From Dudresnaya verticillata (lineage: Eukaryota): a stretch of DNA of 64,000 nt. The stretch lies in assembly GCA_977862235.1 (NCBI GenBank), contig OZ374558.1, forward strand, positions 2,914,001 to 2,978,000, written 5' to 3'. This document shows, piece by piece, positions 12,575 to 25,664 of this stretch. Within the stretch, counting starts at the first letter, position 1. Every line of letters starts with the position of its first letter. The notes under the pieces were generated by a model that was not told the DNA's origin, did not search any database, and saw nothing but the letters and a program-made list of their open reading frames with translations. A program made the position numbers and the translations under genes.

Positions 12575-14884
12575 ATGCACCGACAAAGTCTGACGCGGGA
12601 AAATCGCGAGCGCCCGCAAAACACTAGGCAGGGCATTCTACACCTATCTACAGTAGAAGAAGGCGTCACAACTCTGCTCTAAATGTTTTGGGTTCGCCCA
12701 GAATCAGCAAGTCTCCGCATCATCAAGAGTGTATATCGTCGTATCGCTGCGCTTGTACATCCGGACAAAGTTCGTGCGGTCGAGCCGAGGTGCGCTGATC
12801 GATCCATGGGGATTCTTTCACGCGCAATGGAGCAAGCAGAGGCGGAAAATAGCCACCTAGAGATTGATAAAAGTCCAGGCGGCGAATACTCTCCTGTTGT
12901 TCTCCTGCCGGCGTTTATTGTGTTCAGTAGGACTCCTTCCGAACGGTAAGATACTCTAAGAAGGGTTGAAAGGGAGCAAGAGGAGAGAATGGAGGAGCAA
13001 AGAGAATATGAAAAACAAAGAAGAAATCAAGAATGTCTGGAAAGGCAGCGAAGGGAGGAAGAGGAGACTGAAAGGGAAAATCAGGTTCAGATGGAGACAG
13101 AAAGGCTCAAGAGGTAGCGCGGTGCGCAGTTGAAGAAGAAGAGATTGGAGAGAGAGCGTACGGCACAGTTGGAGAAGGAGAGATTGGAGAGAGAGCGTGT
13201 GGCACAGTTGGAGAAGGAGGTATTGGAGGGAGAGAGATTGGAGAGGGAACGCACTGCACAGATGGAGGAGGAGAGGTTGGACAGGGAACGACCTGCGCAG
13301 TTGGAAGAAGAAAGGGTGGAAATGGGGATCCCCATCGTCCAGTCTACTTCTCAGCTGCGGTAGGAAAAGCTGCTCAGGCAAGGATTGCGGAGACTGCGGA
13401 ACTAGCTCACCTTTCTTGCCCTCTCAAGCTGGTTGAAAGAGAGAAAGGAGCAGAAGAAACCAGAGATAATAGCCAGGGTCCGGTTGAACCTGTACTAGAA
13501 GTGGAGGGGAGTGCTGTAGAAGCAGTAGAAGTGGTCGATGATGTAGAAGTGGAGGAAACGGACCCTCCTGTATCTAGGGAAAACGTGGAGGTGGATTAAT
13601 CGTTGGGAGAGTCTTCGCAAGATTCAGATGAGGACGAAAACTACATTGAAGGCTCATTTGACCCTATGGGGTACATTGCTATGGACTTTGGAGATGATGA
13701 GATGGAACCCGACCCTACTGCAGATATCTCCATCCTAGAAGCAGCGGGCAAAACGTTGCGTAGAACGAATCAAAAAAGACAGTCCAAGCGCCGAATAATC
13801 CTTCGTGCGAAGAATGCTGTAAGGGCTGAAAGGTTGTAAGCGATGCCTTGGAAGCCCAGATCTGTTATAGAAGTCTGGTCAAAGGTAGGTATGGCTCTCA
13901 ACGCGCGTTGGAGATGCGAGCAGCTGATAAGAGCTCACACAGCGTGTCTCGGTATGCAACGGGGTGTCAATATTCTACAAACGCCAGTGAAGTTTCGGAT
14001 GAATTGTGGAACAGAAGACTGTCCTTCTACTTTTGTCTTCGATAGGCAACCACGGACGGGTCTGTGGAAGTTGAACAAGTACCAAGAGCACCCGAACGAT
14101 TGCTTTGGTCGACACGTTGCTGAAAGTCCCATGAAACGTTCTTCGGGCTCTTCGTCATTTGCCCCAGCATACACGCCTCAGCAAGTAGCACGAGCTATCC
14201 TCGAAGATATGCATAGTGATCCGAATATTCCGTGCAAGACAATTGCCGCGATTGTTCGAGCCGAGCGCATTTACTCCCGACAACCCCCTAAAGTCACTAT
14301 TGTAGTGTCCGAAGGGAGCTTCAGTGTCATTTTAACCTGTCTAGGGCAGTGGATATGGCAGCCCTGGAAGGGTATGCTAAAGTGCTCCAAAGGGTTGGTC
14401 ACCAGGTCAAAATTTGCATATGCAGCGGCTTGGAGATGAAGAGAACTCGATTGAAGGCTGCACGGCATATCTTCGAGCAGCGGAAAAAAGGCAAGGAAGA
14501 ACCGAGGGATGCTACGTTCAAGTAAGAAGAAGTTCATTTAGCGGACATTGAAGACAGAGGACGATACTACAGCGGATTGGTATTTGTCCCGTCTATTGCG
14601 AAGTCGTACTGCGAACATGGCAGCCTTACCGCAGCGGCAGATGCTGCACACTGTGAGGGAGTGGGTTTGCAGTCCTATGGAACTAGCTTTCAAGTTATCG
14701 GGTACGACACAAATCACAAGCTTTGTCCCATTGCCTTTGCGCATTTCGTTGGGCCGGAAAGCAACGAGACTTGGGGAAAAGTGTTACGAGCTTGCGCAGA
14801 TATCGACGGTTTTGATGTCGAGAGGCGGGTCACAATAGTAGATCGGGAGAAGTCGTTCGATTCTGCCTATCGTGAAGTGATGAA
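12575..14884 (+). pseudogene. MULE transposase part 1: J-domain, charged repeat, C2HC-type DNA-binding domain, DDE start
   Basis: YRRIAALVHPDK; (ERLERERxAQLEK)n; CGTEDC..W..EHPNDC; ADAAHC..PIAFAHF..ETW..TIVDREK. Confidence 0.85.
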
Positions 14885-15657
14885 TGTGGCGCAACGCCAA
14901 GGGACCTCCGAAACGGACGCAATCGGCCGGGCCAAGTGGGACAATCGGCCCAATCAAAAAGGGACGTTTGGCCAGCCGACGGTAGTGCGGCCGGGCGGAC
15001 GCCGGTGAACACGCGCAAAGAGACACACGTGTCCATCAAGCGTACACGTGTGTCACACGTGGCCACCTACGACACCCGTGCGCATCACGTGGCCCGCTGT
15101 ACACGTATGATTTGTGTGATCGGATCTGGAGCAAGTGCAAAAAGGAAATTGGATTTGGCCGCAGGTGATATCAAGCAGAAGACAGCAGAAAAATCAAGAG
15201 AAAATCTGACTCATTAAGCCAACCACTAAAAGACAAGTACTTGGTTTAGTCTGGTAAGGTTATGATATTGGCCCTAAGCCGGAACACAAGTAGATATTAT
15301 GGCCGACGGGGAGTACCCTCGGCCACTAACTGTAGAATAGCTCTAGATTAGCTCCGATGGCCGATTTTGGGCCTACTTAGACGGCCACAAAGTACGGTTC
15401 GGCCAGGATAGGTACGAAGCCGTCCCGCCAGAGGTTGGGAGTAAATTTTTGCAACCGTTTCCCAACTCGGCCATTTTCCACTGCTCATCCAGGATTTTGG
15501 CAACGACTTCGTCTGCGCGCTCCCGCTCTACAACGCTTGCTACCGGCGCGCAGGTCCGTTCTACGTTCGGCCGTTTGCTCGAAATCCGATCGGTCTTCCT
15601 GGTCCTTTGGGGTCTCATTTCGGCGCCGCACTTGGTGGTGACTTTCGAGATACTACA
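14885..15657 (+). mobile_element. Solo LTR, family B, inserted in the MULE transposase
   Basis: TG...CA termini, perfect TSD ATGAA; transposase frame resumes KASLFTDPLHVKKNM. Confidence 0.9.
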
Positions 15658-16499
15658 ATGAAGAAGGCAAGCTTGTTTACTGACCCGCTTCACGTGAAGA
15701 AAAACATGGCCGCCGATTTGGGTTCGCGATCAAACGCAATCCGACAAACACGAGCTGACCATAAATGCGTCCTCAAGACAGGAGGTCGATGCCCTGAAAG
15801 CTCCGTTTTGCACGAGATAAGAGCCGTATCTGGCCCGTTTTCTTGACATAGAGCTATATCGAGCTTATTATAACCTGCAAGATCTCATCCATAAATCACA
15901 AGGTGCTGAAAGCCAAATGTCCGCAGACTTGACGAATAATATTCGCTCCGGTGAGCCTCAAAAGATGCTAACGAGGGGTTTTCTTTCGCAGAGGGCGCTT
16001 TTCCTTCGCCGACAGCAACAACCATTGGCATATTCTTCCTTGGTACTGCTACCTCCTGCAACGGAGAAGCGTCTAGCGCGTTTGATTCAGCGCTCGTGGG
16101 CTTACCAGCCATCGAGAGTGTTTCTGAAAGGAGCTTCAGACATGGAAGCAACAGTTGCCAGTCAGAATAATGGTAACATTCTGCGACGCGTTACTCTGAG
16201 TCAAGAGCGCCAGCGTCCACCGACATGCTGTGCTTATTCTGCGAATGGATCCGGATTTCCGTGTTGGCATGTGGTGGCTCTTCTTGTTGAGAAGCATGGT
16301 GTGGGTAATCTGCATAGGTTTACTTATGAGAGGCATCTATCATCTGCTTGGGCTAAACAGTACGAGAATGTTCAGTACAACCTCCCTTCTCAAGAATCTG
16401 TAGATAATGTCGTGTGTGATGCCAAGGTTCTGGTGGCCAAACAGGATAATCTGAAAATTCCGAAGGCGTTGCCGCCACCGCGTGGACGTCCTGTGAGGA
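15658..16499 (+). pseudogene. MULE transposase part 2 (DxLH motif, SWIM zinc finger)
   Basis: DPLHVKKNM; TCCAYSANGSGFPCWHVVA; PPPRGRP. Confidence 0.85.
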
Positions 16500-17253
16500 T
16501 GTGGTATAGACGCTGTGTGCAAAACGACTCCGTGGTCTACGTGAAAATAACCGAGAAATACGAATTTCGAAGTGACTCCGTGAAGGCACACGCCACGGTG
16601 GCAAACGTATTACAATGCGCATGCTGTGCGCGCGCCACGATGGCATTCGCATTACAGTGCGCACGCGATACCAAATCGCTGACACCTTCGTGGTTTTCCC
16701 GTTGTCTCCTGCGCGTAACGGCTCCGAAGCCCACGACGCGCGTGCACCTCCGTATGCACCGCTCGCGCACTTCGTAACCGCCACCATACCTGAGACGAGC
16801 TTTCGCTGGCACCGAGGCCGTTACGACTCATTCGAGTACCAACCGTCTCCCATGTTGACGTGTATTCGTGCTCAGGTAGTAGTACTTAGCCAGTCGTCTG
16901 GCACGACCTCCGAGGGTTTCCGGTAAGCGACAAGCGCCCAGACCTCGGAGTCCTCGGTAAACGCCTGCTTCTTCGAGTTCGGTGTCTTCGTGTTCGTGAC
17001 CGCGGATGTGGTCGAGCCTCGCTTTCGATAGCCCCGCGCACCCGGAGTCATCCCCGGTGATCGATCGCTCAAGTTCTCCCTTCCGCACACGAATAATTTC
17101 ACATCGTGGTCCTTCGCATCGGTCGCTCCGCTCTACCACTCTACCACCCCTTTTTCTTTCTTCGTTTTCCCTTAGACTACGAGGCCACACGTTCGGCTCC
17201 CAGGCCATCCCTTACCATGCGAGACTTCCCCGCGTCTCCGTGTTATTCCACAC

Positions 17254-17269
17254 TGGTCTCCCGACCTAG
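17254..17269 (+). promoter_or_regulatory. Primer-binding site TGGTCTCCCGACCTAG
   Basis: Directly after the 5' LTR; identical to the PBS of element D. Confidence 0.85.
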
Positions 17270-17452
17270 AACTTGGTTCAGAAGTTTCGCATTTAGCCGC
17301 AATTCGTTGTTATCCGAGACACGACTTCTCACGCTCCGAGTCGTCCCGATTCGCCGGTACAGAAACCTGATGACGTACCGATTCCGGAGCTCCCGTTGTT
17401 CGACTCGAACGAGAGTGACCGAGAACCATTTTCTCGCGCTCGCGCTTCGCAT

Positions 17453-19614
17453 ATGACGGAATCCGATCTTCCCGTGGACTCGCGTTCGGAGGCTTACAGT
17501 AGCCATTCCAACCTTTTTTATACGTACACTCCGTTGGAAATAGTTCCCTCGGATACCGTCGATCGACTCTTCTCGATGAAGGAAGTCTCCGGTGCCGAGC
17601 TACGTTTACTCTACGAAGAGGTCATCGACGCGCTGTCCACTGCGTACCGTATCAGGCAGCTTTCAATTCGTAGTACGCATAATCGAGTTCACGCAGAGTT
17701 CGACAATCTCCGTGCTGGCAAGGTCCGTAGGATCGAAGACTCACTCGAGAGTCTCCGGAATCTCGTCTCGAAAATCAGCAACCGTTTCCTCGTGCTCGAC
17801 CACAGCTTAACCGCCCCCGTGGGCAAGGCCAGTCACTCGCGTCCCGTTCGCAGCTCGCACGCGTTTTCGGAGAAACAGTTGAACGCTATTTGTGACATCG
17901 TGCCCGCAGCGTTACCGAAGGAAAAGACCCGAAGTCGCGAAGATCGTCCCGATGCCCGTCCTGACCCCCGCAATTCGCCGCTAGTCCAACCCGTGCAAGG
18001 CCCCGGTGCCCAATCTACGTTACCGAAAAACACGTATCAGAATCAGTTTCCGCGCCCTTCATCGCATCAGGCAACCGATGCCTCCGACAACCCCCGTATC
18101 AATCTCGCAGTCTTCCGAGATTCATTTCAGCCACCGATGTCCCCCGGAGGACCCGTAATTGAAAATACTTTATCGCTCGCGGGACCCGTGTCATCGTTCT
18201 GGCACTGGGGACCGCTCGAGCCGGGCGTCGAACCGATACCGACGCTCATTCCCGAATTCGCGCGGGCCGTAAGCTATCGATCGTATCAACTCACGAATTC
18301 GTCGCCTCGGGATAACCAACACGAAGTATTCCGAAGTAACACGTCGAAAACCGTTTCGCGCATGCGTTCGATGATGCCTAGACTCGAGAAGTTTACGGGA
18401 CGCGCTCTGACTAAGGTTCTCTCATTTCTTCGTGATATTCGACAAGCGCTGAACGGAGTCGAGCTCACCGATGGAGTAGCAGTTCGTACGATTTCGTGGT
18501 TCCTCGACGAGACCGCGCTCAAGGTGTATCAACACTATGCCTTCGGCGGCTTTCGTACTGGCAACCCCGTTTGCTGGTCCGCTATCGTGAACGTATTGCT
18601 GCAACAATTTCTCACAGAAGACGTAATCGCTGAGGCACACGACCGCGTAATAACCGCGAAACAGAAACCCGATGAAACCGAGATGGAATTCGGGACTCGT
18701 TCACAAGGGATGTCTGTTCCGGTGTCTACGATGAATCTTGGTTAACGAATCAGTTCATTCGTGGGTTGTTATCAACTACGTATCCCACCGTGCTCGATCA
18801 GGTGCGCAGATTAATGGTGTCCGAGCAGAAGAACTTCATGAGCGTGCAACGAATCGCGCAAGCCGAAGGAACGACATTCCGAGCTCGCGAACAACGTGAT
18901 ACCGCGGCCCAACAGTCGCGTGATTCGAAGAACCGAGCGTCTGCTACGTACCTGAAGAGTCGCCAAACGCCCGGACGCACGATTCTTATCGAAGCTTGCG
19001 ATACTCCTTGGAGTGAATTCGAGTACCCCGACGAACGAAGATCCGCAAATGGCCGTGATGATGATTCGTTCAGGACCCGGGTTCACTTCCGCTGCACCGA
19101 CTACTTCGACAACGGTCTCCGTGGACGATACGTTAGATCTCACGAGTCGCATCGAGCGGTTCGTACCCGCGCGTGTCCCCTCGATGGCCCCGGAGCAAAT
19201 CGAGATGGCGCGTTCGATGATCCCGAAGAACCAGGATGCGTGGCCGTGTTCGTTCTGTCGCGAAATCGGTCACGTGATGTATTCTTGTCCGCATCTCACG
19301 AAGGAGCAATAACTCTACTGCGCGTACCAGAACTATCTCTATCAACTCGAGACGAGACCTTATATGCGTATAACTTCGTCAATCGCGGTACCGCAAAAGG
19401 TAATTCGTTCGCGTTCGTTGACAATCGAGGTCACCGTGGACAAGACGCCCGAGGATCGCGTGACAATCGCGTAAACCGAGACTTTCGGCAAGGCGATAGG
19501 CGCTACCCGAGGGACCGAGACCAGCGTCAAGTCAGCTTCGAGTCGAGGACCGTCGTCCGTCCTCCGCAATCCGATACACGCGCCGCGATGAAACGACGAA
19601 GTTGCTCATCATGA
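17453..19614 (+). pseudogene. gag of element A (frameshifted)
   Basis: VSYRSYQL..KFTG..VLSFL resembles gag of element D; CSFCREIGHVMYSC zinc knuckle. Confidence 0.8.
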
Positions 19615-20470
19615 AGTCGACTTCGACACAGCAAGCTTCGCAATCGCCGTTTTTATTAGCTCTACCCGCACCGGATTGCCCCGGAGCAGAAGGATTATTC
19701 GCGCTACAACACGGCTCACGTTGCGCAACTTCGTGACCCGCAACGCTTTTTTCTGACCGCGGGCGGCACAACACCGAGGCCCGCGGAGACGACAGGCCAC
19801 CCGCAGCCCCATTCACATCAACGGACTCGCTCACCACGATGCCACCACGAAGTTGCGCTTCACGACGTCGGGCGGTGTCGACCACCACCGCCCCAGCCGA
19901 GCACCCCTCGTGATAGTCGCAATTGTGCACCGCGCGCACCCGGTTGCACCGCGGCACTCCCATTACATGGGTTGACACCGCGACGGACGGACACGGTGAG
20001 CCATACGTAACTTTTCATACGTGCCTGACGTCATACTTCGAGGCCGATGCCACCCGCAAGACACACTCCGCAGTCGCAACACGCGCATTACGCCACCTTC
20101 GCTCGATTGCTTGCCTCGGAGCAACACCGGAGTCGACTCATTCCCTTTGAAATTCACGACGCGGCTTCTACACGACCACGGCGTCCTCCTTTGTCGACGC
20201 GCGCAATGCAATCCCTTGCCTCGGTGCACGCTGACGCGTGCGCCTGGGCCCCGATGCGCAACCGAAGTAGCTCGCCCACGAAAGCCCTGGAGCTCACGCG
20301 ACTTGCATAGTGCGATCATCGGAACACCCGCGCAGCTCTCCGAGGAGCCCGTATCCACGTATCACCCCCCTATAACGTCGGCGTGGACGCCTTCATCTTG
20401 AGGAGGGGGCCGTGCACGCAGAATCACGAAGTCTCGATCACTCAACTCCTCGAAGGAAACACGCCTAATT

Positions 20471-22136
20471 TTATTCGTAATCAACGCGACACGCATCACT
20501 CACGGACTCGAGAGTACGAATATCAGTGGGACAGAGCATCTCGAGACTCGCGACGGAAGGAACCGAAGCGCTCGGCACCAACGCAACGGCCCCGGTGCCA
20601 AGCGTTGACCCCAGAGTCAACGACGGCGAGGAAGCTGGAAACACGGTACCCGTAACACGCGACAACGACCCAAACGCGCCTCCGATAGCACGAACCGCGG
20701 CATTCGGATGTGAAAACAGATCGACTCGTGGACCGCGCCCCCTCGTGAAGTTCGGTTTGACGCCAATCGAACCAGGCCTAGGAGACCACGTCGTGTCCGA
20801 CCACTTGGGACCACTGTCCCGTCGGGAAATCGCGGCGAATCGACTGGAGCTCACAACGACCCGTGGCCTCGATGAAAATCGCGAGCACCTTCGAAAACGA
20901 CGTCGTACGATCCGAGCCTCGGAGCGAAAGATCCGGATAACCGCCATCCTCGGAGAATGGCTTCGACCAGCGCTCACGAACGACGTTGACCAACGAAGTA
21001 TCGAGAAACAATACGTATTGGCACTGCGTAACATCGGATATCAATGCGGGCCAAGCTCGAAGCGATACTCGGGGTCACGGAAACGCTCGAAGCACTTCCT
21101 CGCCTGCTCCGGGTACGTATCTACGATGAGCCCGAAATATAGAATCACCCTCGGAGGTGGAACGACCAAGCCCGCGGGGGCCCGAATACTGAGTCTATAG
21201 AGCCAATACGAACTCGGAAACATGCTCAGGGGCACTTGGTCGTCGAAACACGCATTCGTATCCACTCGATCTGGCATCGTGCCTGTGGCCACAGTGCCCA
21301 CTCCGCGAAACAGAGCCCAGTCTCCGGGACAGATGTGAAAACCAAGGATGCGTGATACCAAATCTACGTGGTGCTACACGTTCCCCGTAGCAGACTTGAA
21401 CTCGGGAAAGACGCGAAAACGAGCCAACGCGAAAACCGGAGAATCCACGGAGATACCCGAACCCGGTGTCAGGAGCACTCGCGAACACGCATCTACGTAA
21501 GCAACGTCGTCGGCCGTGGTCACGTAGGAGACGTCACACGGAAGGCCCATCGGAGTTGGATACACAGGGCTGCGGGGCCAGAATACGTGAAAGACACCAG
21601 CTCCGTTATCATCGCAACCCTCACAAAGCACACGAAAGCGAGCGAGGTCCGGATGAACAAGGCTATCGAAGGCAGTAACCTCTTCATGAGTAACTCCGGA
21701 GACCGCGAACGCATCCCAAGCGAATTATAACTGCGCAGACGGAAGCCTCGGATCACTCTCATCCCTCGTTTGAAATTTCGGAGGACTCAACGAAGCACCC
21801 GTCTGCCAACCTCGATTCACGAATTGCGGATTGGATCCGCCCGAACTTACGTACGGACTTACCGACGTCAGCCGAACCCGAAGGCCCCGGAGCCCCGATG
21901 TCTACGACGTGCGGAATCGCGAGAGTCCGTGGTACGTATTCACAGGAGTCAGCCGAAGGACCAGCGACATTCGGTGAAGGACCCGAAGCCCTCGGAGGCA
22001 CCGCAACGTCCCGCGTGGGCTCCGAAGCCACACGTTCCTCGGCAGCAGCGAGCTCACCCTCGAGTCGACGACGAGTAGCATAGGCGTGCTCTTCCTGGGA
22101 CTCGGCTCCCTTCTCGTGACCCTTTTGCACCATCAA
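20471..22136 (-). pseudogene. Degenerate antisense accessory ORF of element A
   Basis: Chain of minus-strand ORFs; two blocks match the antisense ORF of element D; boundaries approximate. Confidence 0.6.
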
Positions 22137-23270
22137 AGGACCCGCAACACGAAGTCAACCTCGACGCAGCCCACAGGGGACCAGCAACACTTGTCCCATC
22201 ACCGAGACCCACAGCCCACAGTGGACCACCGCAAACCACCGAGGTGCACGAAGCAACAACATGAACGCCACGGAGCGGAGCGAACGATGCGAGAAGAAAC
22301 GCGCACGGAAGCAACAGCGCAGACGAAGGAGCAGACGGGAACGCAAAGACCGAAAGCCAAGGAGCTAAAGTGAGTTGTGTTTGAGCGCGATGACCGGAGA
22401 ATCAAGGGGCTCGGACCAACACTAAGTTGAAATAACCCACGCGGCTCGCACCCCGTCTCCGTAATCCCCACGCGCACACGTCGACGGACGGCGCCGAAGC
22501 CCTAACCCGTTCTGCGTACACGGAATGTCTCCGCGATTAGCTGATACGAAGGCGCCATCGCAGACGTGATCCGAATTCAAATTCGTAAGCCCCGAGGCAC
22601 CGCTGCGCGACGATGTGAGCTCGAAGCAATCTCCGCGCCGCCACTCCGATAGCTCCACACGCGCTCCTCCGAGGGAAACCGGGCCACGCCAATTCGTGAT
22701 TCGTAACCCGCGACCGGGACGTTCGCTCTTGAAGAGGGGGCCGTGTGGTATAGACGCTATCCACGAAGCGACTCCGTGGTCTACGTGAAAATAATCGAGA
22801 AATACGAATTTCGAAGTGACTCCGTGAATGCGCGCGCCACGATGGCAAACGTATTACAATGCCCATACTGTGCGCGCGTCACGATGGCATTCGCTTTACA
22901 GTGCGCACGCGATACGAAATCGCTGATACCTTCGTGGTTTTCCCGTGGTCTCCTGCGCGTAACGGCTCCGAGTCCCACGACACGTGTGCAACTCCTTATG
23001 CATCGCTGGCGCACTTCGTAACCGCCACCATACGTGAGACGACGGTTCGTTGGCATCGAGGCCGTTACGAATCATTCGAGCACGAACCGCCTCCCGTGTT
23101 GACGTGTATTAGTGCTCACGTAGTAGTACTTAACCAGTCGTCTGGCGCGACCTCCGAGGGTTTCCAGTAAGTGAAAAGCGCCCAGACTTCGGAGCCTCCG
23201 GTAAACGTCTGCTTCTCCAAGTTCGGTGTCTTCGTGTTCGTGACCGCGGATGCGGTCGAGCCTCGCTTTC

Positions 23271-24108
23271 TGTGGCATAGACGTCAGGTCGAACTGACGT
23301 CTAGCGCGGCTGGTCTCGTAGTCGCACCCAGACCCTTCGAAGGGTGGTAGCGTTGGTGGTAGAGCGGTGGTGTCGGCCGCGCGCGCCGTCGACGGTCGCG
23401 GATCAACGGTGTCGAAGCCTGAGCACGCACGGGGCGTACCGTACGCGGGCGGCAGCGGCCGGATCCCTGCGTCCCCGTCGTGGGGCGGCACGAAGCCGAC
23501 GGTAGGGAAAGGAAAAGGAAAACCTATGCGGCGAGGGAAAGAGGGAAGCCGTAGGGCGAAAAGACTGGGAAAGAAACCCAAAGCAGAAAGGGGCAAGCCT
23601 GGCGTAGGCTGGCTTGCCTTGTTTACTAAAGCCCAAAGGGGCGACTACTAAATATACTACAGGGCCTGTGGCGGCACCAACCCGGGAGATGCGCCGGCGC
23701 CCCCCGACACGCGTCGACGCGTACGGGTAACGGTAACCCGGGGGCGCGCGTGGGCGAAACGGTCCACACGTACTCAACGGCTCGACGCCGAAGTACGCGC
23801 GCGCCCGTCACGCACTCAACGGCTCTACGCCGGAGTGCGTGCGCACGGCGCGCGGGACAGCAGGCCGTTCGACCGCCACTTACACTAGACAGTGATGTAC
23901 ACTACACAAAAATAAACGTAGAGATTACATGGGAGTTTTAGTGTCACACGCGTACACGTGCACACGCGGGCGCCACGGCGCACTCCCTTACAGTTCCGCG
24001 GGGCTTCGGCGCCACCGGCTGACAGCGTGCGCACAGCGGTATACACGTAGCGCAGCTGGTCTTACAGCTGCGCGTGCGTGGAACAGCTGGTCTTACAGCT
24101 ATGCCACA
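23271..24108 (-). mobile_element. Solo LTR, family E, inserted in the 3' LTR of element A
   Basis: TGTGGCATAG...CTATGCCACA inverted termini; perfect TSD CTTTC; orientation inferred from the purine-rich block. Confidence 0.9.
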
Positions 24109-24338
24109 CTTTCGATAGCCACGCGCACCCGGAGTCACCCCAGGTGATCTATCGCTCGAATTCTCCCTTCCGCACACGAATGCTTTGACACCGTGGTCCT
24201 TCGTGTCGGTTGCTCCGCTCTACCACGCTACCACTTTCTTCGTTTTCCCTTTGGCTACGAGGCCACACGTTCGGCTCCGAGGCCATCACTTACAGTGCGA
24301 GACTTCCCCGCGTCTCCGTGGAAATTCATTACACCACA

Positions 24339-24465
24339 GAGGAATTCTGGAAAGCGAAAGAAGAATTTGTACCAGAGAGGTCCGGCAACCAAGAATAATC
24401 GCGTCTACAGTTGCTCGTTATGTCGCCTAACTGATCACACTGTGAAGGATTGTCCTCTCAAGTAG
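24339..24465 (+). pseudogene. MULE transposase C-terminus (CCHC knuckle)
   Basis: Removing element A restores PRGRPVRNSGKRKK..CSLCRLTDHTVKDCPLK*. Confidence 0.85.
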
Positions 24466-25231
24466 TTGTAATCCGCAGAGTAGTGACCGTAAAGTAACCG
24501 AGTTCACCCCCATTCAGTACAAAACGTTGCGTTGTCGCCGCGCGCCTAGTTCAATATTGGTAAATGTCGCCTTTTATCACTCCTAGATTACTTCAAGTTT
24601 TGTCTTTGTCGGGACAGGGTTTTCGACGTCACCGAGCGAGTGCTCGAAAAACGAACTATGTCGGACCTGTTCTTGTTGTACAGTAAATTGACGGTTTTCA
24701 CCCCCCATTTCCCGCAACATATCGTTTTTCACCCCTCATTTGCCACAAAAGAGGACCCTGTCGCCCCCTAAATGCAACATTATCTCTAGATACTAGTTTA
24801 GTCTGCAAGATGTGCGGACCCGGTTACTTGTTGAAAAGGAAATTTAGCCTTTATTGGTAAAGCCGCATTTCTTCCAGAAATGAGTAATGCTAGTTGTTAC
24901 TAGTTTGTCGAGGCTAAAAAGAGGGGGAAAGCTGCTCCCAGAAAGGACGGAAACTTGTGTCCTGAAAGCTTGAATGGAAAGGAGTGGGTGGGTGGGAGGG
25001 ACGGAACTTGCCACAGACGGTGAGTGAGCAGCAGCCCGTAGCCTCCTCATACTACTTCGTCGTAGCTACAGTACTACGCTGACCCTCTTCCACTTCTAAG
25101 TCGATCCCACTATCCTATAGCTGTATCGGAAGTGTTCATAGTGTGTGTGTACAGTATCACTCTATTTATCGTCGATAACCTTCGATCCTCTGTGGGACGA
25201 TCGGCGTAGCTCCCCATTCCTAGTCCAGCCC

Positions 25232-25620
25232 TTTCATCGAGTGTCAAAGGTTCTTTACATGGTTTAAAATGTACACAGTAGATAGTGACCTTGCGGAAAG
25301 TCCCAAGACAGCAACATTAAGGCATCCCAAGACAGCGACATTAAGGCAAGCCCAGGATAGCAGCAGTAATCAGTTCAAGTGTCAACGCTCTGGACACAAT
25401 GCTAACAGAGCACTCTAGCGTCAGCAGTTAGTGTCACACCCGCACTCTCGCCGCAACGCTAACAAAATATTACCGTACAGAGAGGAGAGACCAAACAGGA
25501 GAGGTCTTCCAAAGATGGACCGGAGAGTTCTTCCAAAGATGAACCGGAAAGATCTTCCAATTTACGGGTACATAAGCCTTCGGCCTTTCTGATCTCAGAC
25601 AGTCGAGGCAAGTTCTTCCT
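25232..25620 (+). repeat. 5' direct repeat of the YR element
   Basis: Near-identical to 43292-43654; contains 24-bp tandem units. Confidence 0.9.
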
Positions 25621-25664
25621 GTTCTCAACCCATCGTTGAGAGAAATATATACGCTCATTTCCGG

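Larger units (their letters stand above)
16500..24338 (+). mobile_element. Non-autonomous Ty3/gypsy-type LTR element A (gag plus antisense ORF, no pol)
   Basis: 5' LTR 16500-17252, PBS 17254-17269, PPT GAAGAGGGGGCCG 22731-22743, 3' LTR 22744-24338 (interrupted); perfect TSD GAGGA. Confidence 0.92.
12070..24786 (+). mobile_element. Mutator-like (MULE) DNA transposon carrying nested LTR insertions
   Basis: Imperfect ~85-bp TIRs (TTTAGGGGGTGACAGGGTCC / GGACCCTGTCGCCCCCTAAA); 9-bp TSD TATATATTA/TAGATACTA (7/9); internal MULE transposase. Confidence 0.85.

Noticed and set aside
25495..25565. CRISPR-like repeat array
   Set aside because: Units are directly adjacent with no unique spacers, lie in a retroelement terminal repeat, and no cas genes are present
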